Positions 39,401 through 49,347 of a DNA stretch of 64,000 nucleotides are shown one piece after another. The notes beneath the pieces were generated by a model. It worked only from the letters and a program-made list of their open reading frames with translations. It was not told the origin of the DNA and ran no database searches. The stretch is from Spirochaetota bacterium (lineage in GTDB: Bacteria; Spirochaetota; UBA4802; UBA5550), in the NCBI GenBank assembly GCA_050298055.1, contig JBNKTL010000011.1, positions 35,206 through 99,205 on the forward strand, given 5' to 3'. Made by a program: the position numbers and the translations under genes. Numbering within the stretch: the first letter of the stretch is position 1; every line of letters starts with the position of its first letter.

Positions 39401-40327
39401 ATGACCCTTGAGATCCTTCACTGGCTCCTCTCCCGGGGAGGTGCCGGTGAATTCAAAAATTTCAGTTCCCTTGATGAATGGACCAGGGAGGTTGCCGGGC
39501 TGATACCTTCCCGGGCCGGTACCTGTGAAGAGGCGGTAACAGGCGGGTTTACCGGGGACAGGATGGCCCATGCCTTTGCTGCCGGATACCGGGCGGCTTT
39601 GAAACGCCTCTTCCGGGAACAGTACAGCTTTGATTTCGCGTCCTTCTGTATTACCGAGGAGGGGGGCGGTCATCCCGCTGCCATAGAGACCCGGTTAAGT
39701 GAGGAAGGGGAAGGATACAGGATCAATGGCCGTAAGAAGTTTATCTCCCTGGCCTGTTATGCGGATATCCTTTTTGTTGCCGTCAATACCGGTGCCGGAC
39801 CCGGCGGCAGAAAGAAGATCGGGGTCGCCCTGATCGATCCCGGCTGTGAGGGAGTGAAAATCGAGAAGATGCCCGGACTCCCTTTTATCCCCGAGATAGA
39901 CCATGCTGAAGTCCTTCTCGAAAACGTTATGATACCGGCGGATGCCCTCCTTCCCGGGGACGGGTATACGGATTATATTAAACCCTTCAGGACCGTTGAA
40001 GATATTCACGTTTTTGCGGCTGTAGCCGGCTACCTCTTCAGGATTGCCTGTGAGTACAGGTGGGAGTTAACTTACAGGGAAGAGCTTCTCCAGGTCATAT
40101 CCACACTGGTGGTGATGTCCCGGGAAGATCCCCTGTCTTCGCATCTGCATATTGCCCTGGCGGGTCTTCTGTCCCGCTTTGACCGGTTTATTGGGGCTGC
40201 CGGGGCCCAGTGGGGCCGGGTTGATGAAGGGGTCAGAGCCCTCTGGGAGAGGGACAGGAAAATTTTAGATGTTGCCGGGAAAATTCGCGAAAAACGCCTG
40301 GCCAAGGCATGGGAGAAGTACCTGTAA
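39401..40327 (+). CDS. Acyl-CoA dehydrogenase-family protein (short, divergent)
   Basis: 'FCITEEGG', 'YRINGRKKFI', 'PF.PEI.H', 'PGDGY..Y.KPFRT.ED'; GGAGG RBS before 39401. Confidence 0.8.
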   Translation: MTLEILHWLLSRGGAGEFKNFSSLDEWTREVAGLIPSRAGTCEEAVTGGFTGDRMAHAFAAGYRAALKRLFREQYSFDFASFCITEEGGGHPAAIETRLSEEGEGYRINGRKKFISLACYADILFVAVNTGAGPGGRKKIGVALIDPGCEGVKIEKMPGLPFIPEIDHAEVLLENVMIPADALLPGDGYTDYIKPFRTVEDIHVFAAVAGYLFRIACEYRWELTYREELLQVISTLVVMSREDPLSSHLHIALAGLLSRFDRFIGAAGAQWGRVDEGVRALWERDRKILDVAGKIREKRLAKAWEKYL

Positions 40328-40336
40328 AGAACACTC

Positions 40337-41062
40337 TCATTGATAATTTTCGGCTATGAAGGGGCTGAGGGGATTATTGCTCCCCCTGAGAGAATCCAGA
40401 AGGAGAAACCTGTCCAGGTCCAGCCTGTAAAAAGAGTTGGTTATGTTTCCATTGTATTCTACAATAGAGTACTCGGCACAGGGCATTACTGTAGGCGCTC
40501 CATTGTCACCCAGTTCTCTGATGGGATAACCGGTACTTCCGGGATTTATGATAAGTTTCCCTTCAAACTGTCTCAGCATCTGCTTATGGGTATGTCCTCC
40601 TGCCATAATATCCGCCCTAATGCCGTCCAGCATCTCATCCAGTCGGGAATGGGGCGTTGTTGGAAGAATATCCTCCATGTGAGACCGGGGAGAACCGTGG
40701 TAGAGAAAGAGCTCTTTGCCCCGGTCCAGTTGAACTTTCTCGTGTTTCCGGAAGCTCCTGATGAACTGAAGGTGGTCGGGGCTTAGCTGTTCCCGGCACC
40801 AGTCTACGGAGTCGTGGATCAGCTGATTATCGATATAGCTGTTTATTAACCGGGGTTCGATGAGAAATTCGTCATGGTTCCCCATAATGCAAGTACAGCC
40901 AAGTTCCCGGATTTTCTCAATTGCATAAACAGGTTCCGGCCCCAGGGTTGCCAGATCTCCCAGGCAGATTATTCTGTCAACGCCTGTTTCTTTTATATGT
41001 TTCAGGACAGCATCCAGGGCGGGCCTGTTGCCATGAATATCTGATATCAGCGCAATTCTCAT
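40337..41062 (-). CDS. Metallophosphoesterase family protein
   Basis: 'ISDIHGN', 'LGD', 'GNHD', 'HGSP', 'GHTH', 'NPGS'. Confidence 0.92.
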   Translation of the reverse strand: MRIALISDIHGNRPALDAVLKHIKETGVDRIICLGDLATLGPEPVYAIEKIRELGCTCIMGNHDEFLIEPRLINSYIDNQLIHDSVDWCREQLSPDHLQFIRSFRKHEKVQLDRGKELFLYHGSPRSHMEDILPTTPHSRLDEMLDGIRADIMAGGHTHKQMLRQFEGKLIINPGSTGYPIRELGDNGAPTVMPCAEYSIVEYNGNITNSFYRLDLDRFLLLDSLRGSNNPLSPFIAENYQ

Positions 41063-41068
41063 AATATC

Positions 41069-41584
41069 TTAATCCCGGCTGTTATCTTCTTTTTTTGTTA
41101 TTACATGTTTTTCAATCCAGTCTCTCACAGCGGGTCCCGTACCGAATTCCCAGGGCCTCAGCTTTTCAAAGGGAATATGCCTTATCTCCGCGATCTCCTC
41201 TCCCAGCATTATCTCCCCTTCTGCCTTTACATGGTATGCTACGATCAGCTGGTTCATCCTGAAAAATGAATAGATCCCCACCAGGGATTCTATTTCACCT
41301 TCCAATCCCAGCTCTTCCTCAAGTTCTCTTAAGATCCCTTCCTCTGGGCTCTCCCCTTTTTCGAGAAAACCCGTTATCAGGCCGAACATCTTTTCCGGCC
41401 ACTCCCTGTTTCGTGCAAGTATTACCTTTTCCCGGTACTCCACAATTGCCGCAACAACCGGCACAGGAGAGTCCCAGAATATGTAGCTGCATGTGTCAGA
41501 CGGGCAGGCAAGCCTCTTTACACCGTCTCTCTCTTTTTCGATAAGCTGCTCTCCGCATTCAATGCAGTATTTTGCTGTTTCCAT
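41069..41584 (-). CDS. NUDIX hydrolase with N-terminal Zn ribbon (NudC-like)
   Basis: 'YCIECG...C....C', Nudix box 'GFLEKGESPEEGILRELEEELGL'. Confidence 0.9.
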   Translation of the reverse strand: METAKYCIECGEQLIEKERDGVKRLACPSDTCSYIFWDSPVPVVAAIVEYREKVILARNREWPEKMFGLITGFLEKGESPEEGILRELEEELGLEGEIESLVGIYSFFRMNQLIVAYHVKAEGEIMLGEEIAEIRHIPFEKLRPWEFGTGPAVRDWIEKHVITKKEDNSRD

Positions 41585-41781
41585 ATAAGGTTCACCCCTT
41601 TATTTTTCAACGAGTAAAAAATTGATTTGGTCCTTCAATAGTTTCCACTCACTTGAAAATTTCAAATTTCATAAAAAGAATTCTTCTTAAGAATTGCCGG
41701 GTTTTCAGAATATATGCAAGGAAAAAATTATTCTTGGACACCATCTTCCCGGTGTAATTTTTTTCATGTATCATTAATAAC

Positions 41782-41811
41782 TTGACTTTACTGTAAAACT
41801 TAAGTCATAAT
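41782..41811 (+). promoter_or_regulatory. Putative sigma70 promoter of the XRE/thiolase operon, overlapped by an inverted repeat
   Basis: TTGACT-N18-CATAAT; TGACTT...AAGTCA inverted repeat spans the spacer. Confidence 0.5.
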
Positions 41812-41844
41812 AAATATTAACTTATAGGTAATATTAAATAATTT

Positions 41845-41985
41845 GTAACTGCCCGGCTGTATGGACAAAATAAACCTATTTACAATAATATCAACAGTAT
41901 GTCCCCGCCGCCTTCGGCGGCGGGGACATATCCGTTATGTTTTTGCATGAATATGATTGTTCTTATACTAAGCTTGAGTTGTTAC
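41845..41985 (+). mobile_element. MITE family A, copy 2 (141 bp) with 8-bp target-site duplication
   Basis: Ends GTAAC.../...GTTAC; AATAATTT on both flanks (41837-41844 and 41986-41993); hairpin TATGTCCCCGCCGCC-TTC-GGCGGCGGGGACATA (41898-41930). Confidence 0.85.
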
Positions 41986-42019
41986 AATAATTTAAAAGAA
42001 CTAAAGTAAAGATTTTACC

Positions 42020-42562
42020 ATGAACCTCGGCAGCATAATAAGAAAATACAGAAAAGAGAAGAAGATGACCCTCAGGATGGTTTCGGAGAAGGCGGGGATC
42101 TCCGAGGGATTTTTGAGCCAGATTGAAAATAATGTCAATTCACCGTCGGTGGATACACTTCTCAATATCTGCAGTGCAATTGGGGTCAATGCCGGTGAAA
42201 TTATCTCCCGGGTGGAAAAACAGGAGAAGCGTGTCATCATCAGGAAGGGAGACCTGAAAGATGACGAAATACCCCACGCGGGATTTGTCACAAGAAGATT
42301 TTTTCCCCCGGACAACAGGACAATAATCGACAGTTCCGTGATTCACCTTAACCCGGGGAAAACACTCCCGGGGAGGAAAAACATCAAAAACAGCCAGGAG
42401 GTCCTTACGGTCCTGGAGGGCTCCATAGAATTTATTCACAACAATGAAAAGCTCTTGCTTAATGAGGGAGATTCAGTACACTACTGGACAGACATTGAAA
42501 ATCAGTCTATAACCAATACGGGCAAAAGTCGTGCGATTGTTCTCTGGGTGGGAACACTCTAG
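42020..42562 (+). CDS. XRE-family HTH regulator with cupin domain
   Basis: 'IRKYRKEKKMTL..VSEKAGIS..FLSQIENN..SPS', C-terminal cupin 'VLEG...L..GDSV'. Confidence 0.93.
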   Translation: MNLGSIIRKYRKEKKMTLRMVSEKAGISEGFLSQIENNVNSPSVDTLLNICSAIGVNAGEIISRVEKQEKRVIIRKGDLKDDEIPHAGFVTRRFFPPDNRTIIDSSVIHLNPGKTLPGRKNIKNSQEVLTVLEGSIEFIHNNEKLLLNEGDSVHYWTDIENQSITNTGKSRAIVLWVGTL

Positions 42563-42606
42563 CGGTTAAATTTTTCTTTCTCACATATAAAACCAGGAGG
42601 TGGATT

Positions 42607-43761
42607 ATGAACGAGAGGGTCGCGATTATCGGGATCGGCGTTGAGGGCTTTTCACCTGTGACACCTCATCTCTCATTTAAGGAGCTCACCTACAGCGCTG
42701 CTTCCCGGGCCTACACTGAGGCAGGCCTGCATCCGGGCGAAATTGATTCATTCATCACAGGGTCGGAGGACTTCATGGAGGGTTACAGTATCTTCGATGA
42801 GTATGTCCCCGACCAGATGGGGGCGGTGCTCCGTCCCGTGCATACCGTCTGCGGGGATTTTCTCCAGGCCCTGGGGGTGGGGTGCATGATGATCAACACG
42901 GGGCGTTTCAAGACAATAGCCGTTGAGGCCCACAGCAAGGCGTCCAACCTGAAGTCCCTGGATGAGATCAGGTCCTTTGCCCTGGACCCCGTCTACCTCA
43001 GGCCGTTGAAGCAGAGCGCCGAGTTCGTGGCCGGTCTTGAGATGAGACGGTTCCTGGAGGAGACCGGCAACACCGAGGAACAGTGCGCCAGAGTGGTGGT
43101 CAAGAACAGAAGGAACGCCCTGGACAATCCCCGGGCCGGGCACGGCGCCCTTCTGGAACCTGACGATATACTGGAATCGGAGTTTGTTTCATCACCCCTG
43201 AAACACCTGGACGCGGCGCCGCCATCCGACGGTTCCGTTGTCTGTGTCCTCGCGGCGGAGAGCATGGCGGAAAAGCTGTGTGATAATCCTGTCTGGGTAA
43301 AGGGGTTTGCCTGGCATTCCGCGGAGGGGAACCTCTGGGCCCGGGACATGGGCGAGGCGGGTTACGCGCGGATGGCCGCCGAAAAGGCCTACCGGATGGC
43401 CGGTATCGGCCAGCCAACCAGGGAGATCGACTTTGCCGAGGTCTGCGATGAGTACTCCTACAAGGAGCTTCAGCACCTGGAGGCCCTGGGTTTCGCGCGA
43501 AAGGGGGAGGCCGGGTACCTCACTGAGACCGGTGTAACGTCCCGTGAGGGGGATCTTCCCATAAATACTTCCGGGGGGTCACTGGGGGTGGGACATACAT
43601 TTGAAGCCAGCGGCGGTATGAAGGTCAACGAGGCCGTCCAGCAGCTCCGGCAGAACGCCGGGAAGCGTCAGGTAAAGAACGCGCGGACAGGACTGGTCCA
43701 GTCATGGAGAGGGGTCCCCACGGCAACGGGAACCGTGGCAATCCTCTCCAATAAGAAATAA
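42607..43761 (+). CDS. SCP-x-type thiolase-family protein (non-canonical)
   Basis: 'VAIIGIG', 'VVKNRRNALDNP', 'SDG', 'ID.AEV', 'LPINTSGGSLGVGH'. Confidence 0.85.
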   Translation: MNERVAIIGIGVEGFSPVTPHLSFKELTYSAASRAYTEAGLHPGEIDSFITGSEDFMEGYSIFDEYVPDQMGAVLRPVHTVCGDFLQALGVGCMMINTGRFKTIAVEAHSKASNLKSLDEIRSFALDPVYLRPLKQSAEFVAGLEMRRFLEETGNTEEQCARVVVKNRRNALDNPRAGHGALLEPDDILESEFVSSPLKHLDAAPPSDGSVVCVLAAESMAEKLCDNPVWVKGFAWHSAEGNLWARDMGEAGYARMAAEKAYRMAGIGQPTREIDFAEVCDEYSYKELQHLEALGFARKGEAGYLTETGVTSREGDLPINTSGGSLGVGHTFEASGGMKVNEAVQQLRQNAGKRQVKNARTGLVQSWRGVPTATGTVAILSNKK

Positions 43762-43779
43762 ACCAGGGGAGGTGATACA

Positions 43780-44943
43780 ATGGGTATGAGAAGAGTGGCT
43801 GTTGTGGGTGCCGGGCTGACAAAATTTGTCCGGAGGGCGGAAGAGACCGGTCCCGAGCTTTCCCACCAGGCGGTAAAAATGGCCCTTGATTCCGCACAGC
43901 TCCGCCTTAAGGATATAGAGATGGTGACCATGGGTACGGCCCCCGACGCGTTCGACGGTGTTCATCTGAAGGGGGAGTACCTGCTGAGCGGAGCGGGGGG
44001 GAGCAACAAACCCTATATCAGGAACTTTGTGGGGGGAGGGACCGGTGTCTTCGCCCCCATCCACGGATGGATGCATGTGGCTTCGGGCATGTGCGATATC
44101 TGCCTCGTTGTTGCCGAGGAGAAGATGTCCAGCTGTCATCCCCATCCCCAGGGGGCGTTCCTTACGATCTTTGACCACACAACGGAACAGCCCCTGAAGC
44201 CCACGCTTATCTGGATCTTCGCCCTGGAGATGAGACGGTACATGGAGAGATACGGGCTCACCTCCGAAGATATGGCCCGGGTGGCGGTGAAGAACAAGAA
44301 GAACGCCCTTGACCACCCTTCGGCGCAGCTGGGCGCGGAGATCACCGTGGAGGACGTTCTCAATTCGGAGATACTCGCGGACCCGGTGCACAGGCTGGAT
44401 ATCAGCCCCGCCTCTGACGGCGCCGCGGCAATGATCCTGGCAAGCGAGGATGCGGCCAAAAGGCTTACCGATAAACCTGTGTGGCTTGACGGTGTGGGCT
44501 GGTGCCTGGACACATCCTACTGGGCCACCCGGGACCTCTCCTATCCCCGCTATGTGGAAAAGGCGGCGAGGATGGCCTATGAAATGGCGGGAATAAAGGA
44601 ACCTTCCCGGGAGATACAGGTCGCGGAACCCTACGATCCCTTTGACTACAAGGAACTCCACCACATGGAGGGGCTCATGCTCTGCGAGCGGGGCGAGGCG
44701 GCGCGGCTCACGGCGGAGGGCGTAACGGCCCGTGACGGGAACCTGCCGGTCTGTCCCTCGGGAGGGGCCCTGGGCGTGGGAAACCCCATAGCGGCCACGG
44801 GCCTCATGAAGGTCATCGAGATATACCTGCAGCTCAGGGGTGAAGCGGGAATGAGACAGGTCCCCGGCAGTCCCCGGGTTGGGGTCGCCCAGGCATGGGG
44901 GGACCTGATGCAGGTGGGGACCGTCACGGTACTCAGAAGATAG
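43780..44943 (+). CDS. SCP-x-type thiolase-family protein lacking the nucleophilic Cys
   Basis: 'VAVVGAG.TKF', 'VGGGTG' at the usual Cys site, 'AVKNKKNA..HP.AQ', 'SDGAAA', 'PSGGALGVGNP'. Confidence 0.87.
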   Translation: MGMRRVAVVGAGLTKFVRRAEETGPELSHQAVKMALDSAQLRLKDIEMVTMGTAPDAFDGVHLKGEYLLSGAGGSNKPYIRNFVGGGTGVFAPIHGWMHVASGMCDICLVVAEEKMSSCHPHPQGAFLTIFDHTTEQPLKPTLIWIFALEMRRYMERYGLTSEDMARVAVKNKKNALDHPSAQLGAEITVEDVLNSEILADPVHRLDISPASDGAAAMILASEDAAKRLTDKPVWLDGVGWCLDTSYWATRDLSYPRYVEKAARMAYEMAGIKEPSREIQVAEPYDPFDYKELHHMEGLMLCERGEAARLTAEGVTARDGNLPVCPSGGALGVGNPIAATGLMKVIEIYLQLRGEAGMRQVPGSPRVGVAQAWGDLMQVGTVTVLRR

Positions 44944-44952
44944 GAGGATGAT

Positions 44953-45459
44953 ATGGAGATTGAAAAAGTCCCCGTGAGGGGATTAACGGCAAAGGAATAT
45001 AAAGACGCCCTCAAGGTGGATTGGCAGCCGAAACTTGAATACGCCTGGGACAACGGAATAGGTATCGGCAGGTACCTCCGGGGGTTTAAGGAGGGGAAGA
45101 TCATGGCCTCACACTGCGAGAAGTGTGACAGGACCATGCTTCCCGCCCGGGCCTTCTGCGAGCTCTGCTTCAGGCCGGTTGACGGCTGGGTGCAGGTTGG
45201 GGACACGGGGACGGTCAACACCTTCTCAATCTGTAACGTAAACTGGGACGCGAGCAGGTTGAAGCCCGGTGATCCGCCCCACCTTCCCGCTGTCATCGAG
45301 ATTGACGGCGCCTCAAAGGGGATGGGGATCCTTCACATCCTGGGAAACGTAAAGCCCGATGATATCAGGAGCGGGATGAAGGTCAGGGCGGTGTGGAAAC
45401 CGGAAGAGGAGAGGGAGGGTTCCATAACCGATATCATCTTCTTTGAGCCGGTGGAATAG
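44953..45459 (+). CDS. DUF35 Zn-ribbon/OB-fold protein
   Basis: 'CEKC....PAR.FC..C', 'GTV.TF', 'GMKV.AVW......G.I.DI'. Confidence 0.9.
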   Translation: MEIEKVPVRGLTAKEYKDALKVDWQPKLEYAWDNGIGIGRYLRGFKEGKIMASHCEKCDRTMLPARAFCELCFRPVDGWVQVGDTGTVNTFSICNVNWDASRLKPGDPPHLPAVIEIDGASKGMGILHILGNVKPDDIRSGMKVRAVWKPEEEREGSITDIIFFEPVE

Positions 45460-45471
45460 AGGAGGAGAACC

Positions 45472-45942
45472 ATGTCATTCAAAGAGCATATTACAAAAAA
45501 TACGACCCTGGGAAGCTTTGGGGGAGATATTCCGGTAAACTACCAGTATACCCTGGGTATCGGCGGCGACAGGTTCTTCAGGGCCATCGTCAATAAAGGG
45601 GAGTTCATCGCCTCGAAGTGTTCCCGCTGCGGGATCATGTATATCTATCCCATGACATACTGCGAGGAGTGCTTTGAGGAGATTCATGAACATGTGGCCA
45701 TAGGGCTCACCGGGGAACTCTACTCATACACCCTCTGCCATTACGATTACCGGGGGGAGGAGCTTCCGGAGCCGGAGATGATAGGCTACGTGATATTTCC
45801 GGGGATCGACGGGGGAATCATCCACCGGCTGGATATCGATGAGACGGATATTTACCTGGGAATGCCCGTGACGGCGCTCCTGAAAAGCGAAAACCTGAGG
45901 AAGGGGTCCATAGACGATATCCTCTGCTTTACAAAGTGCTGA
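45472..45942 (+). CDS. DUF35 Zn-ribbon/OB-fold protein
   Basis: 'CSRC...YP..YCEEC', 'GELYSYT', 'GMPV.A.......GSIDDI'. Confidence 0.9.
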   Translation: MSFKEHITKNTTLGSFGGDIPVNYQYTLGIGGDRFFRAIVNKGEFIASKCSRCGIMYIYPMTYCEECFEEIHEHVAIGLTGELYSYTLCHYDYRGEELPEPEMIGYVIFPGIDGGIIHRLDIDETDIYLGMPVTALLKSENLRKGSIDDILCFTKC

Positions 45943-45986
45943 GACCTGTCACGGATCAATGATAACCGGACGTCCGGAGGTATGAC

Positions 45987-47147
45987 ATGATAGACTTCGG
46001 TTTGACTGACGAACAGAGGATCCTGCGCCACACGGTAAGGGAGTTTGCCGAAAAGGTCATTCATCCCGCGGCCGGGGACCTTGACGAGAGGGAAGAGTTT
46101 TCCGTTGAGATCACCCGGAAGATGGCGCAGATGGGCCTCTTCGGGATCTATGTGGAGGAGGAGTACGGCGGTTCCGGGATGGATTACCTCTCCTACTGCA
46201 TTGCCGTTGAGGAGCTGGCCAGGGTTGACGGCTCCCATGCGGCCACTGTGGCTGCGGGGAATTCCCTGGGTATCGGCCCCATATACTATTTCGGCAACAA
46301 AAAACAGAAGGAGACCTGGCTTCCCAGGCTCTGCAGCGGGAAAATACTGGGGTCCTTCGGCCTTACGGAACCGGAGGCCGGTTCCGACGCCGGGGCCGGC
46401 AGGACAACCGCCAGGCTGGTAAACAATGAGTGGGTGATCAACGGCAGTAAGATATTCATCACTAATTCCACCTCGGAACTTGCCGGGGTCTGCACGGTAC
46501 AGGCAACAACGGGCTACAAGACCGATGGAAAGAATGAAATTTCCTGTATTATCGTCCCTAACGACACAGAGGGATTTACGAAAAGGAAGATGAAGGGGAA
46601 GATGATGTGGAGGTCAAGCGATACCGGTGAGCTCTTCTTTGACGACTGCAGGGTCCCCGGGGATAACCTCCTGGGGAGCCGGGGTGAGGGGTTCCACCAG
46701 ATGCTCAGGACCCTGGACAACGGGCGGCTTGCCATCGCGGCAATGGGGCTGGGGGGCGCCCAGGGGGCCTATGAGCTGGCCCTGAAGTACGCGAAGGAGA
46801 GAAAACAGTTCGGCGTTCCCATATCAACTTTCCAGGCAATATCCTTTATGCTCGCGGACATGGCCACGGAAATTGAAGCGGCCAGGAGGCTCCTCTACAA
46901 CGCCTGCAGGATGAGGGACGCCAACCAGCCCTTCTCGAAGCAGGCGGCCATGTCGAAGCTCTTCTGCTCCGAGGTCTTCGGCCGGGTGGTTGATAAGGCG
47001 GTGCAGATCCACGGGGGGTACGGCCTCATGAAGGAATATGATATCGAGAGGTTTTACCGGGACCAGAAGCTCCTCACCATCGGGGAGGGGACTTCGGAGA
47101 TCCAGAGGATCGTTATTTCCCGGAAGATCGGGTGTTATAGTGCGTGA
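45987..47147 (+). CDS. Acyl-CoA dehydrogenase (short/branched-chain type)
   Basis: 'FGLTEPEAGSDA', 'NGSKIFIT', 'R.QFG.PI..FQ', 'QIHGGYG', 'IGEGTSEIQR'. Confidence 0.95.
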   Translation: MIDFGLTDEQRILRHTVREFAEKVIHPAAGDLDEREEFSVEITRKMAQMGLFGIYVEEEYGGSGMDYLSYCIAVEELARVDGSHAATVAAGNSLGIGPIYYFGNKKQKETWLPRLCSGKILGSFGLTEPEAGSDAGAGRTTARLVNNEWVINGSKIFITNSTSELAGVCTVQATTGYKTDGKNEISCIIVPNDTEGFTKRKMKGKMMWRSSDTGELFFDDCRVPGDNLLGSRGEGFHQMLRTLDNGRLAIAAMGLGGAQGAYELALKYAKERKQFGVPISTFQAISFMLADMATEIEAARRLLYNACRMRDANQPFSKQAAMSKLFCSEVFGRVVDKAVQIHGGYGLMKEYDIERFYRDQKLLTIGEGTSEIQRIVISRKIGCYSA

Positions 47148-47158
47148 GGGATAATTCC

Positions 47159-47332
47159 ACTCATGCCGTACTTGCGGCAAAGATCTGCCACGGTTATTCC
47201 CGATTCAGCTTCCTTGAGAATTTTGAAGATCTTATTTTCTGTAAACCGCTTATGTTTCATAGCAACCTCCAAGACTAATAATATTTATCGAGTCTCTAAT
47301 TGCAAGTGGTTTAGTTTTCGGGGGGCAGGTAA
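47159..47332 (-). mobile_element. IS3-family (IS407-like) remnant: left end and truncated orfA
   Basis: Minus-strand ORF from 47260 reads MKHKRFTENKIFKILKEAESGITVADLCRKYGMS, with GGAGG RBS and an upstream IR-like ACCTGCCCCCCGAAAACTAAACCA; no orfB. Confidence 0.85.
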
Positions 47333-47334
47333 AA

Positions 47335-49347
47335 TTACTTTAAACTGTTAATTTGCAATAATTTAGGGAGAAAACCATTGATTACAAATATTGAGCCAAA
47401 AATGCTTAAATGAGTTTTATCCGAATATATTAACTTCTTATTATTATTATTCACATTTTGACAAATATAATTATCACATAACACATCATGTGGATCAAGA
47501 AAAATGAACTTATTTGTTGATTCCGCTGCTTTTTTTAGTAATGTATTAAATTCAATATATTTTGGATTTATTTTTGAAGTCATAAATTCACCAACATTTT
47601 TATTTGTAATAAAGGGTAGATGAGGTCGAGAAAAAATATCATAAAGGTTAAAACCACCAGTTGTTGGAACCTGTCCAATAACTACCAGGGTACTTTTTGC
47701 AATTTTTTGTTTAAGCTTTAATATTCCTGTTATTATATGATTGATTTCAATATCGATATTCATTGAGTTTCCCTGATTATCTAATAAATCTGCAATTTTC
47801 ATCTGACTAAGCCAAGAGTGAGACATGATAACTATTGGTGGTGATTTAGCTTTATTAATAAAATCAATAGCTTTTTTTAAAGCCTTTGGACAGTTTCTAT
47901 TCCAGTTATACCCTTTGGTCTTTCGAGTAAATCCTGGAAGATGAAAACAACTGGTTCCTGATGCAATATACATAGTATATCCATTGGGTTTTGCAAATAG
48001 TTTATATATACCTTCAGCATATTGCTTTCCATGACTGTCTCCAATTAGTACAATATCAGCTGGAAGTTTTTTATTTACAGGACCATATGATGGGTAAGGA
48101 GCCCCCCCATAAAATTTCTTATGGAACTGTAATGAATCTCCGGTGTTTTCAACATCTACTAAGTCATTGTTTTTTATTCGCCACTTCCATCCAGAGTTAA
48201 ATTTTATACTTATTCCAATTGCAATTATTATTACAAATGTTACAATGATGGAATACTTGAATATTGGTCTACTTATATTAAGTTTATTTATTCTAAATGG
48301 TTTTTCAATATATTTGTAACTAAAATTACCTAAAATGAATGAAAGTGTGATAATTATGATTTTATCAATATTAGAGAGGGAACCTTTTATATATTGCCAA
48401 AAGACAATCAACGGCCAATGGATCAAATAAACAGAATAACTGGTTAAACCAATAAAAATAAATATTTTATTTGTTAACAATTTTGATGAAAGACTTTTTT
48501 CACCGGAATAAATTAAGAATGCTGTTCCAAAACAAGGAAGTATTGCATAGAAGTATGGAAATAATAGTTTCTCATTAAAAATTACAATTGATAAAATTAT
48601 AAAAATAAAACCCAGCAAATAAACAATTTCAAGTACAAATTTACTTTTTACTTTATAATCAGTTAACCAAACAAGCATTGCACCAATTATAAATTCATAA
48701 ATGCGAAATGGTAATAAATAGAAAATAGTTGATTTCCCATTTTTAATCAATTTTGACAAAGTTGGCAAAAATTGATTAAAAATCTGAATTGATCCATCTG
48801 AAAATATAATATTAAGATATAGACTAAATAAAACTAGTAAAATAATAATTAGCCACTTACGTTTTTTTTTTAATATGAAGAGAAGGATAAAAGGCCAAAT
48901 TAAGTAGAATTGTACTTCAATACTAAGTGACCATGTATGTAGTAATGGTTTGACCTTGGATGAAACATCAAAATAATCTGCTTCAATCCAGAATAAAAAA
49001 TTTGATAAGCTGCCTATTGTTGATGTTAATTCACCTCCAAATCGTTGTAAAGAAGAAGGTGAAAAAAATAATATTGAACTTATCGCTGTAAGAAGAACGA
49101 CAGTTACTAATGCTGGATAAAGTCTGCGAAATCGACGAATAAAGAAGTTTATATATTTAATCTTATTTGTTGTTTTAATTTCATTATTAATTATACGAGT
49201 TATTAAAAATCCACTAATTACAAAAAAAACATCAACACCAACAAATCCACCGTTAAAATATGGAATTCCTAAATGGAAGAACATTACTGAAAGTACAGCA
49301 ATTGCCCTTAAACCATCTATATCATGTCTATATTTTAAATTTTCCAT
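47335..49347 (-). CDS. OafA/OatA-like O-acyltransferase (Acyl_transf_3 plus SGNH domain)
   Basis: 'DIDGLRAIAV', 'GVDVFFVISGFLI', 'RRFRRLYP', 'HTWSLSIE', 'GDSH', 'D.THL'; strikingly AT-rich. Confidence 0.93.
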   Translation of the reverse strand: MENLKYRHDIDGLRAIAVLSVMFFHLGIPYFNGGFVGVDVFFVISGFLITRIINNEIKTTNKIKYINFFIRRFRRLYPALVTVVLLTAISSILFFSPSSLQRFGGELTSTIGSLSNFLFWIEADYFDVSSKVKPLLHTWSLSIEVQFYLIWPFILLFILKKKRKWLIIILLVLFSLYLNIIFSDGSIQIFNQFLPTLSKLIKNGKSTIFYLLPFRIYEFIIGAMLVWLTDYKVKSKFVLEIVYLLGFIFIILSIVIFNEKLLFPYFYAILPCFGTAFLIYSGEKSLSSKLLTNKIFIFIGLTSYSVYLIHWPLIVFWQYIKGSLSNIDKIIIITLSFILGNFSYKYIEKPFRINKLNISRPIFKYSIIVTFVIIIAIGISIKFNSGWKWRIKNNDLVDVENTGDSLQFHKKFYGGAPYPSYGPVNKKLPADIVLIGDSHGKQYAEGIYKLFAKPNGYTMYIASGTSCFHLPGFTRKTKGYNWNRNCPKALKKAIDFINKAKSPPIVIMSHSWLSQMKIADLLDNQGNSMNIDIEINHIITGILKLKQKIAKSTLVVIGQVPTTGGFNLYDIFSRPHLPFITNKNVGEFMTSKINPKYIEFNTLLKKAAESTNKFIFLDPHDVLCDNYICQNVNNNNKKLIYSDKTHLSIFGSIFVINGFLPKLLQINSLK

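Noticed and set aside
43702..45296. Minus-strand ORFs of 320 aa and 216 aa
   Set aside because: Antisense shadows of the GC-rich thiolase and DUF35 genes.
47163..47351. 62-aa plus-strand ORF
   Set aside because: It is the reverse complement of the IS3 orfA remnant.
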